Shown piece after piece: positions 10,569 through 21,007 of a stretch of 64,000 bases of DNA; the first letter of the stretch is position 1, and the number at the start of each line of letters is the position of its first letter. Below the pieces are notes generated by a model. It was not told where the DNA came from, ran no database searches, and saw nothing but the letters and a program-made list of their open reading frames with translations. The position numbers were made by a program, and so were the translations under genes. Source of the DNA: Cyanobacteria bacterium J06626_4 (GTDB lineage: Bacteria; Cyanobacteriota; Cyanobacteriia; Phormidesmidales; Phormidesmidaceae); the NCBI GenBank assembly GCA_038523235.1, contig JBCBJQ010000001.1, forward strand, positions 147,546 to 211,545. Reading direction: 5' to 3'.

Positions 10569-10622
10569 TTGAAACGTGAAATGCCCTCTCATTAGCTAAT
10601 GAGAGGGCATTTCACGTTTCAA
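10569..10622. repeat. Perfect 54-bp palindrome with no spacer
   Basis: TTGAAACGTGAAATGCCCTCTCATTAG|CTAATGAGAGGGCATTTCACGTTTCAA, checked base by base. Confidence 0.95.
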
Positions 10623-10669
10623 GCACTTTATCCTAATCCTCAGGACTTACGCAGTTGAATTCGATTTTG

Positions 10670-10736
10670 GCCCCTGTATCCCTAACTCTGGGGAAATCGG
10701 ATTCAACATCCCCCAGAGTTGGGGAACCGAGGAGGC
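10670..10736. repeat. Palindromic doublet repeat (CCCCAAnnnTGGGG type)
   Basis: TCCCTAACTCTGGGG (10679-10693) and CCCCAGAGTTGGGGA (10711-10725) are inverted copies with 1 mismatch; related arms at 61475-61707. Confidence 0.7.
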
Positions 10737-10846
10737 GTTTGCGTAAGTCCTATCACGGAGAAAGGAGCAAGCTTTGCGCTGCTCGAAGGGTGGCCAAACT
10801 AGGGCTCGACAACAGTCGGCTCCTGCATGCATCAACCAAGAAGCAG

Positions 10847-10946
10847 TATGGCAGAGGGTAGAAAAATGCCGGGTTCAAGGTGCAGGGAAGGGCCTTGCTG
10901 CAAGCGATCCGACGATTAAAAGTGGCCAAACCTGACTGCGACTCGC
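10847..10946. repeat. 100-bp dispersed intergenic repeat, copy A
   Basis: Ungapped manual alignment to 18296-18395: 87/100 identical. Confidence 0.9.
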
Positions 10947-11044
10947 TATCGCTTCAAGCCTTGGCTCTGACCAAATGGCAGCCCGACATATGCCAGCACA
11001 GGTTGGCCTCTATTTCAGAAAATTTGAGATTGGGGTTGGTGCGG

Positions 11045-12253
11045 CTAATCCTGACTGTCTGATAGAAGCGGAGCACCTATCGCCGCTTTAGAGAGCATTT
11101 CGAGGGGGTTGCTATCTGCTAATTCTGCCGCCATATCAGGGGCAGGCTCAAGCCCTTCGCCGACTCGACGAGCGGCCCGCATTGCCGTAAAGGCTTCTTT
11201 AATTACCACCGCTACTGGCACCGCCACAATCACTCCCAGCAGCCCACCCACACGGGCCCCTGAAAGCAGTGAGATAAAGACCCAGAAAGGATTAAGGCCC
11301 GTAAAGCTCCCAAGCACCCGAGGCGCTAAGACATTTTCGACAAGCTGCTGCACTAACGCCGACAGCGCCAAGACTTTCACAGCGATACTGACATCTCTCA
11401 GGCCAACCAGCAGCGTGACTACCACGATGCCGACTGTGCCACCAAAGGGAATCAAGGCTGCCAAGCCAATGGTGATGCCAAACAACAGGCCAAAGGGCAC
11501 CTGCACGACTAAGTAAATGACCGTCAGAGCTAGCCCCATAAAGGTGGCGATAATAAACTGCCCCAAAAAGTAATTGCGAAAGCTGACACGTAAAGTTTCA
11601 GAAAACAGCCGCTGAATTTTGCTCGGTAACCAGCCGACAATGCCATCCCAAACATCGTCGCCATGCTGCAACAGATAAAAAGTCAGGACGATCGCCAACA
11701 CAATATCTAAGAGCTTATTGGCAGTGAATAACGCGACGCCAAAGGTGAGATTGAGCGCTTCTCCCGCAATCTGCTCAAACCGCAACTTGAGGCGATCGTT
11801 CACCTGCTCAATCAGGCCATCTAAGTTGAATGGCAGCCCCCAATTTTCAAACCGACCATCTAGCATCAGCAACTGACCTCGGCCCGAATCAAACCACTCG
11901 GGCAGTTTGGTAACCAACTGCTGCGCCTGCTCAAACACCAAGGGCAAAATCGTAATGCCAACAGTCAGAAATAAAATCACCGCGCTTAGGAGCACAAAAA
12001 CCGACGCTAGACCTTGCTTGACCCCGAGCCGCTTGAGCCAAGAGACGGGATAGCTCAGCAAGAACGCCAGTAAAGAGGCCACAATCACCGCGACTAAGAT
12101 TTCGCGGAAATAATCAAAAATTTGGGCGATCGCCCAAACGTTGAGCACGATCAGGGGAGCCGCCAATAGAATCATCAGCGTTCGCGTAAACGGCCCCAAA
12201 GATCGCCACCAGCGGGTAATCCAACTCTGCGAATGCAATTCAGATGGGGTCAT
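11045..12253 (-). CDS. AI-2E family transporter (PerM-like)
   Basis: LLAFLLSYPV..L, multiple TMs, QQLVENVLAPRVLG..GLNP, G.LGVIVAVP. Confidence 0.9.
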   Translation of the reverse strand: MTPSELHSQSWITRWWRSLGPFTRTLMILLAAPLIVLNVWAIAQIFDYFREILVAVIVASLLAFLLSYPVSWLKRLGVKQGLASVFVLLSAVILFLTVGITILPLVFEQAQQLVTKLPEWFDSGRGQLLMLDGRFENWGLPFNLDGLIEQVNDRLKLRFEQIAGEALNLTFGVALFTANKLLDIVLAIVLTFYLLQHGDDVWDGIVGWLPSKIQRLFSETLRVSFRNYFLGQFIIATFMGLALTVIYLVVQVPFGLLFGITIGLAALIPFGGTVGIVVVTLLVGLRDVSIAVKVLALSALVQQLVENVLAPRVLGSFTGLNPFWVFISLLSGARVGGLLGVIVAVPVAVVIKEAFTAMRAARRVGEGLEPAPDMAAELADSNPLEMLSKAAIGAPLLSDSQD

Positions 12254-12435
12254 AGGTTGAGCTATAGGTATCCACTGCTTTTAGTTTATGGTGACGTTGA
12301 TGCAATCAGGATGTGTCGAGAGTAAGAGGTTAGCGCCAAGCCTCAATCATCCCTGACCAGGCAGAGTAAGGGCAGCATGCTTGACCCTAAAACTTGGACT
12401 TTCGTGAGGTTCTACCCTTCCCGCAGAGTACTCTG

Positions 12436-12474
12436 CACTCCAAATTCCGCACTCCCACTTCCCAACTCCCAACC
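12436..12474. repeat. Short degenerate heptamer tandem repeats (STRR-like)
   Basis: CACTCCA AATTCCG CACTCCC ACTTCCC AACTCCC-like run in the intergenic region. Confidence 0.45.
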
Positions 12475-12493
12475 AGTAGTCATCAGTGCCCTC

Positions 12494-13654
12494 ATGCCTC
12501 GACGTCATCTCTACAAACGTATCCTCTTGGTCATGGCGATCGCCCTGACAGTTGCCCTGACGCTGGTGGATTGGCGGCTAGTGTCTCGAGCCGCGACGTA
12601 TCCCGACACCCCCATCATGGCAGTGGAGTGGTATCGCCCCCAGGCCCAAGTCGCTGGACAGTATCAAACAGCGTTACCGATGACCACGGAGTCGCCGTCA
12701 CGGGAATTTGCTGAAGCCCTACAGCAAGTTTCTGAGTATGCTGCCGCCCGCAATTCGACCGGGCTCGTCATCATGCATCAAGACGCCATTGTGTTGGAAA
12801 AATACTGGCAAGGATACGACCAAACGTCGAAATTCAATGCAATGTCGATGTCAAAAAGCCTCGTCGGGCTCTTGATTGGTCAGGCGATCGCGGAAGGGGC
12901 TATTACCTCACTGGACGAAGTGGCGGCTAACTATCTACCCGAATGGCGTCAAGACAAACGCAATCAAATCACGCTCAGAGACTTGATCTACATGCAGTCA
13001 GGTCTGCGCAACGAAGACAGCACTAGCAGCCCCCTGTCTGACCTCGTGCAACTCTATGTCGGCTCTACCGTGGAGAAAACCGCCCTCAAGGTGCCCAGCG
13101 TCAAACCGCCGGGGCAAGTTTTTGAATACAACAACGTCAATAGTCAAATTCTCGCGATCGTGCTGCAGCGAGCAACGGGCATAGCCTATGGTGACTACCT
13201 GTCGGCTCGATTGTGGCAGCCGTTGGCAGCTCAAGATGCGACGGTCTGGCTCGATCGCCCCAACGGGATGGCCAAAACCTTTTGTTGCTTTTTCGCCACG
13301 GCTCGCGATTGGGCGAGAGTCGGCCAAATGCTGCTCCATCAGGGCCAGGTCGCTAACACTCGCATCATCCCAGCCGATTGGATCTCAGAGATGCTGACGC
13401 CGTCACCGTTAGAAGCCACCTTTGGTAAACATATCTGGGTCAAAGCCCGCACCCCCGACCATCCCAACGTCGATACTGCGGCAACAGTCCCGTTTCTGGC
13501 GGCTGATACCTTTTTGCTCGATGGCCGAGGGCTCCAAAGGGTCTTTATCGTGCCCTCTCAATCGCTTGTCATCGTTCGCATGGGCGAACAACCGGCAACC
13601 TGGGATGACTCAGTGATTCCCAACATACTCGTGAGCAGCCTGAGCCAGCCCTAG
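12494..13654 (+). CDS. Serine hydrolase, beta-lactamase class C-like family
   Basis: SMSK (SxxK), FEYNN (YxN), ARDWARVG, GQ-like DGRGLQ; N-terminal TM. Confidence 0.88.
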   Translation: MPRRHLYKRILLVMAIALTVALTLVDWRLVSRAATYPDTPIMAVEWYRPQAQVAGQYQTALPMTTESPSREFAEALQQVSEYAAARNSTGLVIMHQDAIVLEKYWQGYDQTSKFNAMSMSKSLVGLLIGQAIAEGAITSLDEVAANYLPEWRQDKRNQITLRDLIYMQSGLRNEDSTSSPLSDLVQLYVGSTVEKTALKVPSVKPPGQVFEYNNVNSQILAIVLQRATGIAYGDYLSARLWQPLAAQDATVWLDRPNGMAKTFCCFFATARDWARVGQMLLHQGQVANTRIIPADWISEMLTPSPLEATFGKHIWVKARTPDHPNVDTAATVPFLAADTFLLDGRGLQRVFIVPSQSLVIVRMGEQPATWDDSVIPNILVSSLSQP

Positions 13655-13740
13655 GCGATGCCTTTTGGGCGATCGCGCCTCGGGTTCACCTAAATTTCTG
13701 AGTCGGATTCAGGAAACCCGCTCCCTGCCCGCAAAACAAA

Positions 13741-13769
13741 ACGGAGCGTAGTCATTGCTTACGCTCCGT
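13741..13769. terminator. Hairpin between convergent serine hydrolase and ndhJ
   Basis: ACGGAGCGTA ... TACGCTCCGT inverted repeat, A-rich flank on the left (U tail for the minus strand). Confidence 0.6.
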
Positions 13770-13795
13770 CAGAATCAACCTATCCGCATGTCGGT

Positions 13796-14329
13796 CTAGT
13801 AAGCATCCTGAAGCTCATAGAAGTCAGGCGACACGTAGTCCTTGCGCAGCGGCCAACCGACCCAATCTTCGGGCATCAGCAAGCGCTTAAGGTTCGGATG
13901 GCCTTCGTAAACGATGCCGTACATGTCATAGCTTTCGCGCTCCTGCCAATCGGCAGCCTTCCAGATCCAATAGACCGAAGGAAGGCTCGGGTTATCCCTT
14001 GGTAGAAAGACTTTAACGCGCACTTCTTCAGGATCAGTCGCATTGTCGCTGACCTTGGCCAGATGATAAAAGCTGACGAGTTGCTTGCCGGGCCCCTCAT
14101 CATAGGCCCCTTGACATTGCAAATAGTTAAACCCGTAAGCAAACAGAGCCGTACACACTGGGATCAAAAACTGAGGTTCGACTGTCAGCACCTCAATACC
14201 CAGATGATCAGGGGCCAGAGAATCATGGCCAAAGCCATTTTCCGTGAGCCACTTAGAAACCGTTCCGGCCTCGACGATCGCGCCTTCCTCAGCAGTTGCG
14301 TTATCAGGCGTTGATTGATCTTCAGCCAT
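13796..14329 (-). CDS. ndhJ: NAD(P)H-quinone oxidoreductase subunit J
   Basis: [39 protein letters not shown]; ndhCKJ order. Confidence 0.97.
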   Translation of the reverse strand: MAEDQSTPDNATAEEGAIVEAGTVSKWLTENGFGHDSLAPDHLGIEVLTVEPQFLIPVCTALFAYGFNYLQCQGAYDEGPGKQLVSFYHLAKVSDNATDPEEVRVKVFLPRDNPSLPSVYWIWKAADWQERESYDMYGIVYEGHPNLKRLLMPEDWVGWPLRKDYVSPDFYELQDAY

Positions 14330-15062
14330 TGGCTTCCTCCTGCTTCACGGCTTCTTGCGAGGCCGCAGACAGCGGCATCCCCATAGCGGCCATCAACTCC
14401 TTAGGAGGTGCCTCATGGGTGCCCATCTGCAGATACTTACCGGTCAAAATGGGAGAAACCGACTTTAACTCATGCTTAACGGCGTGATATCGGTGAGTTT
14501 GACCCAGACTGGCTTGATCCGCCCAAGATTCGGTCGAAATCTTTTTGCGCAGCTTAATAATGGCATCAAAGATCGCCTCTGGACGCGGGGGACAGCCGGG
14601 GATGTAAACATCCACGGGAATAAGCTTGTCAACACCTCGGACAGCGGTGGGAGAATCCATACTGAACATGCCACCCGTAATGGTGCAAGCACCCATCGCA
14701 ATTACGTACTTCGGGTCTGGCATCTGCTCATACAGCCTGATCAGGGCCGGTGCCATCTTCATCGTGACGGTGCCCGCTGTGATGATCAGATCAGCCTGTC
14801 GCGGAGAGGCTCTGGGTAGCAGCCCAAATCGGTCAAAATCAAATCGCGAGCCAATCAGAGCGGCAAATTCGATAAAACAGCAGGCGGTACCGTACAGCAT
14901 CGGAAACAAGCTCGACAACCGAGTCCAGTTGTAGAGGTCGTCGACGGTGGTCAGAATGACGTTTTCTGACAAATCCTGAGTCACCGTGGGCGTGCCGATT
15001 GGATTCGCTAGCCGCTCATCAGGAGCCAACATGGGTGCTTTTCCTTGAGGATTCATGACCAT
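14322..15062 (-). CDS. ndhK: NAD(P)H-quinone oxidoreductase subunit K
   Basis: [34 protein letters not shown]; overlaps ndhC stop. Confidence 0.97.
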   Translation of the reverse strand: MVMNPQGKAPMLAPDERLANPIGTPTVTQDLSENVILTTVDDLYNWTRLSSLFPMLYGTACCFIEFAALIGSRFDFDRFGLLPRASPRQADLIITAGTVTMKMAPALIRLYEQMPDPKYVIAMGACTITGGMFSMDSPTAVRGVDKLIPVDVYIPGCPPRPEAIFDAIIKLRKKISTESWADQASLGQTHRYHAVKHELKSVSPILTGKYLQMGTHEAPPKELMAAMGMPLSAASQEAVKQEEANG

Positions 15063-15415
15063 TCCAGTGCTCCTTTTCTCCAAGCATAAACAAGACCCAC
15101 CACGAGAATCCCAATAAAGATTAAGGCCTCAACAAATGCTAGAAGCCCCAACTGATTGAAGGCAACTGCCCAGGGATAGAGGAAAACGGTTTCCACATCA
15201 AAGATGACAAAAACCAAGGCGAACATGTAATAGCGGATATTGAACTGAATCCAAGCGCCGCCAATCGGCTCCATGCCAGATTCATAAGTCGTTTTGCGGC
15301 TAGCGCCCTCGCGCTTTGGCCGGAGGAAATAAGCAATCCCCAAAGCCAAAACCGGAACGGAGCTACAGAGGAGAAGAAATACTAATAGGTATTCGTACCC
15401 GTCTAAAACAAACAC
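15053..15415 (-). CDS. ndhC: NAD(P)H-quinone oxidoreductase subunit 3
   Basis: [41 protein letters not shown]. Confidence 0.97.
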   Translation of the reverse strand: MFVLDGYEYLLVFLLLCSSVPVLALGIAYFLRPKREGASRKTTYESGMEPIGGAWIQFNIRYYMFALVFVIFDVETVFLYPWAVAFNQLGLLAFVEALIFIGILVVGLVYAWRKGALEWS

Positions 15416-15751
15416 TGCCTGTCCTCATTCACAGCTGCATTAGTCGTAATTTATGCATATCTACTTTAGTTTACATTCCGTAGAGCTTCAGAACCGACTC
15501 TGAAGTTCAATTTTTCTTAGGGTTTCTATAGGGTTTGCTGTGGCACGGGTGGCAGAGCCGACGGAGCTGAACCGGGCGACGTCGGTGTTGCATCTAATGG
15601 GGAAAAGTTGGGGAGGGCCGGGGTCAAGAAACGTTCTATGTCATAATTGGTAACAATTATTTCATTTTTGCGGAAAGCTTTGCCTGACGGATACTTGACA
15701 GATATCCGCAGGTTGGTTGAGGCAGCGTAACTAGCTAAGGGGAACACCGCT

Positions 15752-16171
15752 ATGTCGACCGAACCTAATCAACCAGTAGATGAGGTCAAGGCCGTATCGG
15801 GTGATGCGTCAGCAGCAGCTGAGGGGACGCCCGAAGAGGCGGCGCTCCCGCTCACCCCGAGGGAGATGGATCAGTTTGAGTGCCTTGCCTGCGGCTACAC
15901 CTATGAGCCAGTCAAGGGGGACGATCGCAGCAGTATCCCTGCTGGGGTGCCGTTTCAGGAGGTCCCCTTGAATTGGCGCTGCCCCGTGTGTGGCGCTCAA
16001 AAAAAGCGATTTGCCAACATTGGGCCAGCGGGTACCCCTTCAGGCTTTAAGGAAAATCTGAATTACGGGCTAGGGGTTAACGTCTTAACGCCGGGGCAAA
16101 AAAGTGTGTTGATTTTCGGGGCTCTCGCCCTGGGATTTTTGTTCTTCTTGAGTCTGTATGGCTTGCGATAG
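15752..16171 (+). CDS. rubA: Membrane-bound rubredoxin RubA
   Basis: CLACGYTY..WRCPVCG plus C-terminal TM; position upstream of ycf48-psbE. Confidence 0.93.
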   Translation: MSTEPNQPVDEVKAVSGDASAAAEGTPEEAALPLTPREMDQFECLACGYTYEPVKGDDRSSIPAGVPFQEVPLNWRCPVCGAQKKRFANIGPAGTPSGFKENLNYGLGVNVLTPGQKSVLIFGALALGFLFFLSLYGLR

Positions 16172-16237
16172 CTCTGGCCCGACTGGGTTACGGGTCAATT
16201 TTCGGTATTTGTTGTCTCTATTGGATGTCGATCTGGA

Positions 16238-17245
16238 ATGCGTGGTTTGTTAGTTCATCTGAGAAAGTTTGGGGCGATCGCGGCGGTGGCACTCCTGTGC
16301 TTTGGCTGCGGCAATGCTTTTCTACCCACCCTAGAAAACAACCCCTGGGAAATTGTCCATATTGATACGGAGGCCACCTTCTCGGATGTGGCATTCACGG
16401 GCGATAGCAACCACGGTTGGCTGGTCGGCAGCCGCAATACCCTTCTAGAAACCCAAGACGGCGGTGAGACCTGGAATGAGCGATCGCTGGACTTAGACGA
16501 TCAAAACTTTACGTTCACCTCCGTCAGCTTTGTCAACGACGAAGGCTGGGTGGCTGGACAACCGCAAATTTTGTTGCACACAACCAATGGCGGCGACACC
16601 TGGGAGCGCGTTCCCCTCAGTGACCAGCTGCCCGGCAAGCCGTTTTTGGTAGCGGCGCTCGCCCCGCAGGAAGCAGAGCTGGCCACTGATGTGGGAGCTA
16701 TCTACCGCACTCGCGATGCTGGCAAAAATTGGAAAGGCTTGGTGCTGGGTGCCGTCGGCGTGGTTCGCAACATGAGTCGCAACGCTGATGGCAGCTACGC
16801 CGCCGTCTCATCGCGCGGCAATTTTTACTCTCTCTGGAAACCCGGTGAGTTGGAATGGCACCCTTACAATCGCGAAAGTTCTCGTCGCTTGCAGAATATT
16901 GGCTTTGACCAGAGCGGTGGCCTCTGGCTGCTGGAACGGGGGGGACAAATTCAGTTTTCGCCCACGGGTGAAGACGACGACTGGCAAGAACCCGTCAACC
17001 CAGAATTTGTCAGCAGTTGGGGCTTTTTGGATGCGGCCTATCAAACCCCAGAAGAACTTTGGGTTTCGGGCGGTAGCGGCACCCTTTACTATAGCCCTGA
17101 TGCGGGGTTGACTTGGTACAAAGATGCTGATGTGAATGAAACGCCTTCTAACCTTTATCGCATCGTCTTCAATACGCCAGAGCAGGGATTCATTTTGGGG
17201 CAAAACGGCTATTTGTTGAGATATGCTGCCGAAAAGGCAGTGTGA
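16238..17245 (+). CDS. ycf48: Photosystem II assembly factor Ycf48/Hcf136
   Basis: Lipobox, repeated T.DGG.TW propeller blades, VSSRGNFY, SSRRLQN.GF. Confidence 0.95.
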   Translation: MRGLLVHLRKFGAIAAVALLCFGCGNAFLPTLENNPWEIVHIDTEATFSDVAFTGDSNHGWLVGSRNTLLETQDGGETWNERSLDLDDQNFTFTSVSFVNDEGWVAGQPQILLHTTNGGDTWERVPLSDQLPGKPFLVAALAPQEAELATDVGAIYRTRDAGKNWKGLVLGAVGVVRNMSRNADGSYAAVSSRGNFYSLWKPGELEWHPYNRESSRRLQNIGFDQSGGLWLLERGGQIQFSPTGEDDDWQEPVNPEFVSSWGFLDAAYQTPEELWVSGGSGTLYYSPDAGLTWYKDADVNETPSNLYRIVFNTPEQGFILGQNGYLLRYAAEKAV

Positions 17246-17349
17246 TCCCCACAAATAGTGACGTAACTACAAATCTTACTTGTGATGGAATCCTGAGTTC
17301 CGTATCATTTAGTAATCGGATCGATACACACGTTACATGAGAGGTTGAT

Positions 17350-17598
17350 ATGGCAGGTGATACTGGCGAACGGCCATTTGGCGACATTATTACCAGTATT
17401 CGTTATTGGGTGATCCACAGCATCACGATTCCGGCCCTATTTGTGGCAGGTTGGCTGTTTGTTAGCACTGGGCTAGCTTATGATGCGTTTGGCACACCGC
17501 GGCCTAACGAGTACTACCAGAGCAATCAGATGGAGCTGCCGATTGTCTCTGACCGCTACGAAGCGGAGCAACAGATCAAAGAATTTTTGGGCGAGTAG
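17350..17598 (+). CDS. psbE: Cytochrome b559 alpha subunit
   Basis: [23 protein letters not shown]. Confidence 0.98.
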   Translation: MAGDTGERPFGDIITSIRYWVIHSITIPALFVAGWLFVSTGLAYDAFGTPRPNEYYQSNQMELPIVSDRYEAEQQIKEFLGE

Positions 17599-17659
17599 TT
17601 TACCCCGAAAATTATCTCGGCAACGAATTTAGTAAGTTTTAGAAGATTGGTGAATTGGC

Positions 17660-17791
17660 ATGACAAACGCCCCTAACGAGCCCACGGTTTATCCTATTTT
17701 TACGGTCCGTTGGCTAGCGGTTCATACTTTGGCGGTTCCTAGTGTTTTCTTTCTAGGTGCGATCGCGGCAATGCAGTTTATACAACGATAG
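17660..17791 (+). CDS. psbF: Cytochrome b559 beta subunit (not in the ORF track)
   Basis: Manual translation [43 protein letters not shown]. Confidence 0.97.
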   Translation: MTNAPNEPTVYPIFTVRWLAVHTLAVPSVFFLGAIAAMQFIQR

Positions 17792-17801
17792 GAGCCTTTT
17801 T

Positions 17802-17921
17802 ATGGATCGGAATCAGAATCCGAACAAGCAACCGGTCGAGCTCAACCGCACCTCTCTCTATCTGGGACTGTTGCTGGTGTTTGTGCTCGGGCTGTTGTTC
17901 TCCAGCTATTTCTTTAACTAG
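17802..17921 (+). CDS. psbL: Photosystem II protein L (not in the ORF track)
   Basis: Manual translation [39 protein letters not shown]. Confidence 0.97.
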   Translation: MDRNQNPNKQPVELNRTSLYLGLLLVFVLGLLFSSYFFN

Positions 17922-18004
17922 AGGCTGGCACTGCAATACCGCTTGGGTATTGGTTTAATTATTCTGTGTTGTGTTGATTTAAGGTTGGGTAGGAGGTTAT
18001 TCGC

Positions 18005-18124
18005 ATGATTAAAAACGGACGTATCCCCTTGTGGATTGTGGCAACCGTGGCTGGAACGGGGATTTTAGTGGTTGTCGGCTTATTTTTCTATGGTGCCTAT
18101 GCTGGCGTCGGTTCCGCTGTTTAG
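18005..18124 (+). CDS. psbJ: Photosystem II protein J (not in the ORF track)
   Basis: Manual translation [48 protein letters not shown] upstream. Confidence 0.97.
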   Translation: MIKNGRIPLWIVATVAGTGILVVVGLFFYGAYAGVGSAV

Positions 18125-18179
18125 TCGCTCACCCAGTATTCTCAAGCTATCTGGGTAATCAACTAAATATCGGTCTCAA

Positions 18180-18214
18180 AAGCGGCTGTTTACTTCATGT
18201 GAGCAGCCGCTCTT
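18180..18214 (+). terminator. Likely terminator of the psbEFLJ operon
   Basis: AGCGGCTG...CAGCCGCT hairpin followed by CTTT. Confidence 0.55.
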
Positions 18215-18295
18215 TACGAGCTTGTGTGCCTTCTGCGGCGGCAGTTCTGGGGCTGTAGATACCCACGACCGGCAAATGCCCACAATACTTTGGAC

Positions 18296-18395
18296 TATGG
18301 CAGAGGATAGAAAGGTGCCGGGCGCAATGGGCAGGGAAGGGCCTTGCCGCAAGCGATCCAGCGATTAAAAGCGTCCAAACCTGACTGCGGCTCGC
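18296..18395. repeat. 100-bp dispersed intergenic repeat, copy B
   Basis: 87/100 ungapped identity to 10847-10946, same orientation. Confidence 0.9.
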
Positions 18396-18506
18396 GATAG
18401 GAGATCACTGGCCAGAACAGCATTTCAAGGTCAGAGTCTTTGGTCTGGCACCCCTGACCATCCGTCGCATGGTGATCCCGCAGCGGTCAGCGAACTAGTC
18501 AAGGGT

Positions 18507-20165
18507 CTACTCAATACTGATGCCACCGACAGTTTCCGCAGGACGAGGGCGCGCTACAGTCGCTTGTGCAATCGTGCGATCGCGCTGGTGATGCTGCTGA
18601 AAATAGGCTTGCCAATCCTGAGGCGCATTCATCGTTTCGCCTCCATGCTGCGTTAGCCGTTGGCGCACCTGACATAAGACCGGTGTGTTAACGCAAGCGC
18701 CCGAAATAATCACTTGCCCCTTTGTTAGCGAGGGCAACTCTTTCAGCAAATCGCGTCCGGCGGCTTCAACCCCATGTTTCAGACTTTCTTGATCTACCGG
18801 GTTGACAATGCGCATCAAAAATTGGCTCATGCACTGTGACAACACGTCGGAATCCAGCTTGCCTGGTCGTTGGGTAATCAGTCCCACCCCCATACCAAAC
18901 TTGCGTCCTTCACTCAAGATTGTTCGCAGCACCTGTTTGCAGCGGGCGGGCTCATGGGCGGGGGCAAAGCGATGGGATTCTTCGATCAAAATAAAGACGG
19001 GATAAGGCAAGTAGGTTTCGTCTTCCGCCGACACCAGTTCTTTAGCGGTGTTCATGCGAGCCTGGTAGCTCTGACGTAGCACAGCGGCACAAATCACCTG
19101 CTGCTCTTCCTGACTGATCTCGTTCATTTGCAAAACGGTCACCTGTCCCGGTTCAAACAGATCTTTGGGCGACAGATGGTTCATCCGGTCAAAGTAGGGG
19201 GAGTTGGCTAATCGCTCCAACTTCCATTCAATCGCCGGGGCTGAAGAACCGATTTTAGGATTGCCGTCGTCGTCTTCACTGGTGTCGGCCTCGTTGACCG
19301 CCCGAATCAGATCATTCACATCCCAGCGATAATCGCCTTGACGATGGCGCTTGAGAATCGTAAACCCTTTGTTGAGAATGGCCTGCTGGCGATCACTCAT
19401 GTTGGGCAGCAGCGTCATGATGTCGTAATAGTCTAACGACGACATGCGAATGCGAATATCATCCGGCGTCAACACTTTGACCTGCGGCGTGTAGCCATCT
19501 TCTCCCTGAAAGGCGAGATGACCGCGCATATCCCCCAGCGTGCCGTATTCGCCGTGGGGATCAAACACCAGCACCGCTGCTCGGTTGTAGGGGCGCAGCA
19601 GCTCTTCGATCAGCACGCCAGCCGTATAGGATTTACCCGAACCCGTGCCGGCCAAAATGGCCATGTGGGTACTCACCAGTTCTTTGACATCCAGCGCCAC
19701 GGGCACAGCCTCGTTAGGACGCAGCAGCAGCGAGCCCACATGCGCCCCGCCAATTTCTCCTACCTGCTTTTTGTTGACGACCTTGACCAAAGTGGCGTCA
19801 TCGACGCGATAGACTTTAGCACCGGGATCCGGCGTCAACCGAGGGTTGATAAAGCCCAGTGCGGGGTGAAAGTAACCGATGACCTCAACCGTGACTTCGT
19901 AAATCTCAGGGTTGGGATAGGCAAACCCGACCAGGGCAGCGATCGCCTCTGGACTGATGCCTGTATCGGCGAAAATGCGATCGGGCAGGTGGTCAATTAA
20001 ACAGCGCGCAGAGATTTTGCCCAGAATATCGAGGGTGTCTTCCCCTTGCTGGGCTTGGTAAGCCACAAACTCACCAATTTTGACCTCGCGGTTATCTGCC
20101 GTAATGAAGCGATATTCGTTGCCGGTTTCTCCCGGGCCTTTGACGGTGCCGATAACTTGCAGCAT
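18507..20165 (-). CDS. herA: HerA-family helicase/ATPase (HAS-barrel plus DUF87 ATPase domain)
   Basis: HMAILAGTGSGKS Walker A, DPHGEY, ILIEESHRF Walker B, EGRKFG..LITQRP..LD..VLSQ; beta-rich N-terminal barrel. Confidence 0.85.
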   Translation of the reverse strand: MLQVIGTVKGPGETGNEYRFITADNREVKIGEFVAYQAQQGEDTLDILGKISARCLIDHLPDRIFADTGISPEAIAALVGFAYPNPEIYEVTVEVIGYFHPALGFINPRLTPDPGAKVYRVDDATLVKVVNKKQVGEIGGAHVGSLLLRPNEAVPVALDVKELVSTHMAILAGTGSGKSYTAGVLIEELLRPYNRAAVLVFDPHGEYGTLGDMRGHLAFQGEDGYTPQVKVLTPDDIRIRMSSLDYYDIMTLLPNMSDRQQAILNKGFTILKRHRQGDYRWDVNDLIRAVNEADTSEDDDGNPKIGSSAPAIEWKLERLANSPYFDRMNHLSPKDLFEPGQVTVLQMNEISQEEQQVICAAVLRQSYQARMNTAKELVSAEDETYLPYPVFILIEESHRFAPAHEPARCKQVLRTILSEGRKFGMGVGLITQRPGKLDSDVLSQCMSQFLMRIVNPVDQESLKHGVEAAGRDLLKELPSLTKGQVIISGACVNTPVLCQVRQRLTQHGGETMNAPQDWQAYFQQHHQRDRTIAQATVARPRPAETVGGISIE

Positions 20166-20380
20166 GATGCGGTTTTGCAATCCCAAGTGCGGTTTTTTAC
20201 GGAAGGCAGGCAGCCCATCTCTAAAACTGTAGCGATTCCACGGTGATTAGAATGAACTGAGTGACAGTAATCTATACCTAATCATTCAAATTAGTCATAT
20301 CCAGAGACGAGATTCTCGAGTATTCTGGAATCTGAGCGCTAATTTGGGTTGACTATTAAGTAGACCTGGCAAGCCTTCCT

Positions 20381-20947
20381 ATGAATGACGCTTCCACTTC
20401 TGAAGTAAATACCCCGCTGAACGAATCCTTACCAGCTGTGGAGGCTGCTGAGGACTCATTACAGGTCTCAGCCGAGAAGCTACCTGGTCGGCATCGGCGG
20501 ATTTTGGCGTCCATTTCGATTCCTTGTCCAGTTGAGCAAGTTTGGCAGGTGCTCACTGATTATGACCATTTGTCAGACTTCATTCCGAATCTGACGGTGA
20601 GCCGCCGCTTAGAAAGCGCTGAACCCGTCACCCTGCTGGAGCAAGTGGGCACTCAGTGTTTTCTCAACATTCAGTTTTGTGCGCGAGTCGTGCTTAACAT
20701 GGCTGAGCAGTTTCCCCATCATATCGGCTTCACCATGGTCGAGGGCGATTTCAAGTCCTTTGAGGGCGCTTGGCAGTTAGAGGCAGAGTCGCCAGAGCAT
20801 GAGACGACTCGTCTGCTTTACGAAATCACCGTATGTCCGCCGCGGGCGATTCCGGCCCTGCTGATCGAGCGGCATCTGCGCCATGACTTGAGCCAAAATC
20901 TACGCGCCATTCGTCAGCACACGATGTCTGTAGCGGGCATCGCCTAA
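20381..20947 (+). CDS. SRPBCC / polyketide cyclase (START-like) protein
   Basis: VWQVLTDYDHL.DFIPNL, F.MVEGDFK.FEG.W. Confidence 0.85.
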   Translation: MNDASTSEVNTPLNESLPAVEAAEDSLQVSAEKLPGRHRRILASISIPCPVEQVWQVLTDYDHLSDFIPNLTVSRRLESAEPVTLLEQVGTQCFLNIQFCARVVLNMAEQFPHHIGFTMVEGDFKSFEGAWQLEAESPEHETTRLLYEITVCPPRAIPALLIERHLRHDLSQNLRAIRQHTMSVAGIA

Positions 20948-21007
20948 TTTCCGGAAACCTTGGCTCGACTTTTGTACCCTACTCTTAACGAGTGGGGTTT
21001 TTAGTCG

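Noticed and set aside
10647..11062. Short ORFs of 60-68 aa in the repeat-rich intergenic region
   Set aside because: They overlap repeat elements, have no protein-like motifs, and the second repeat copy breaks the frame of the 10880 ORF.
18031..18258. 75-aa ORF after psbL
   Set aside because: An out-of-frame shadow of psbJ, which is the real gene at 18005-18124.
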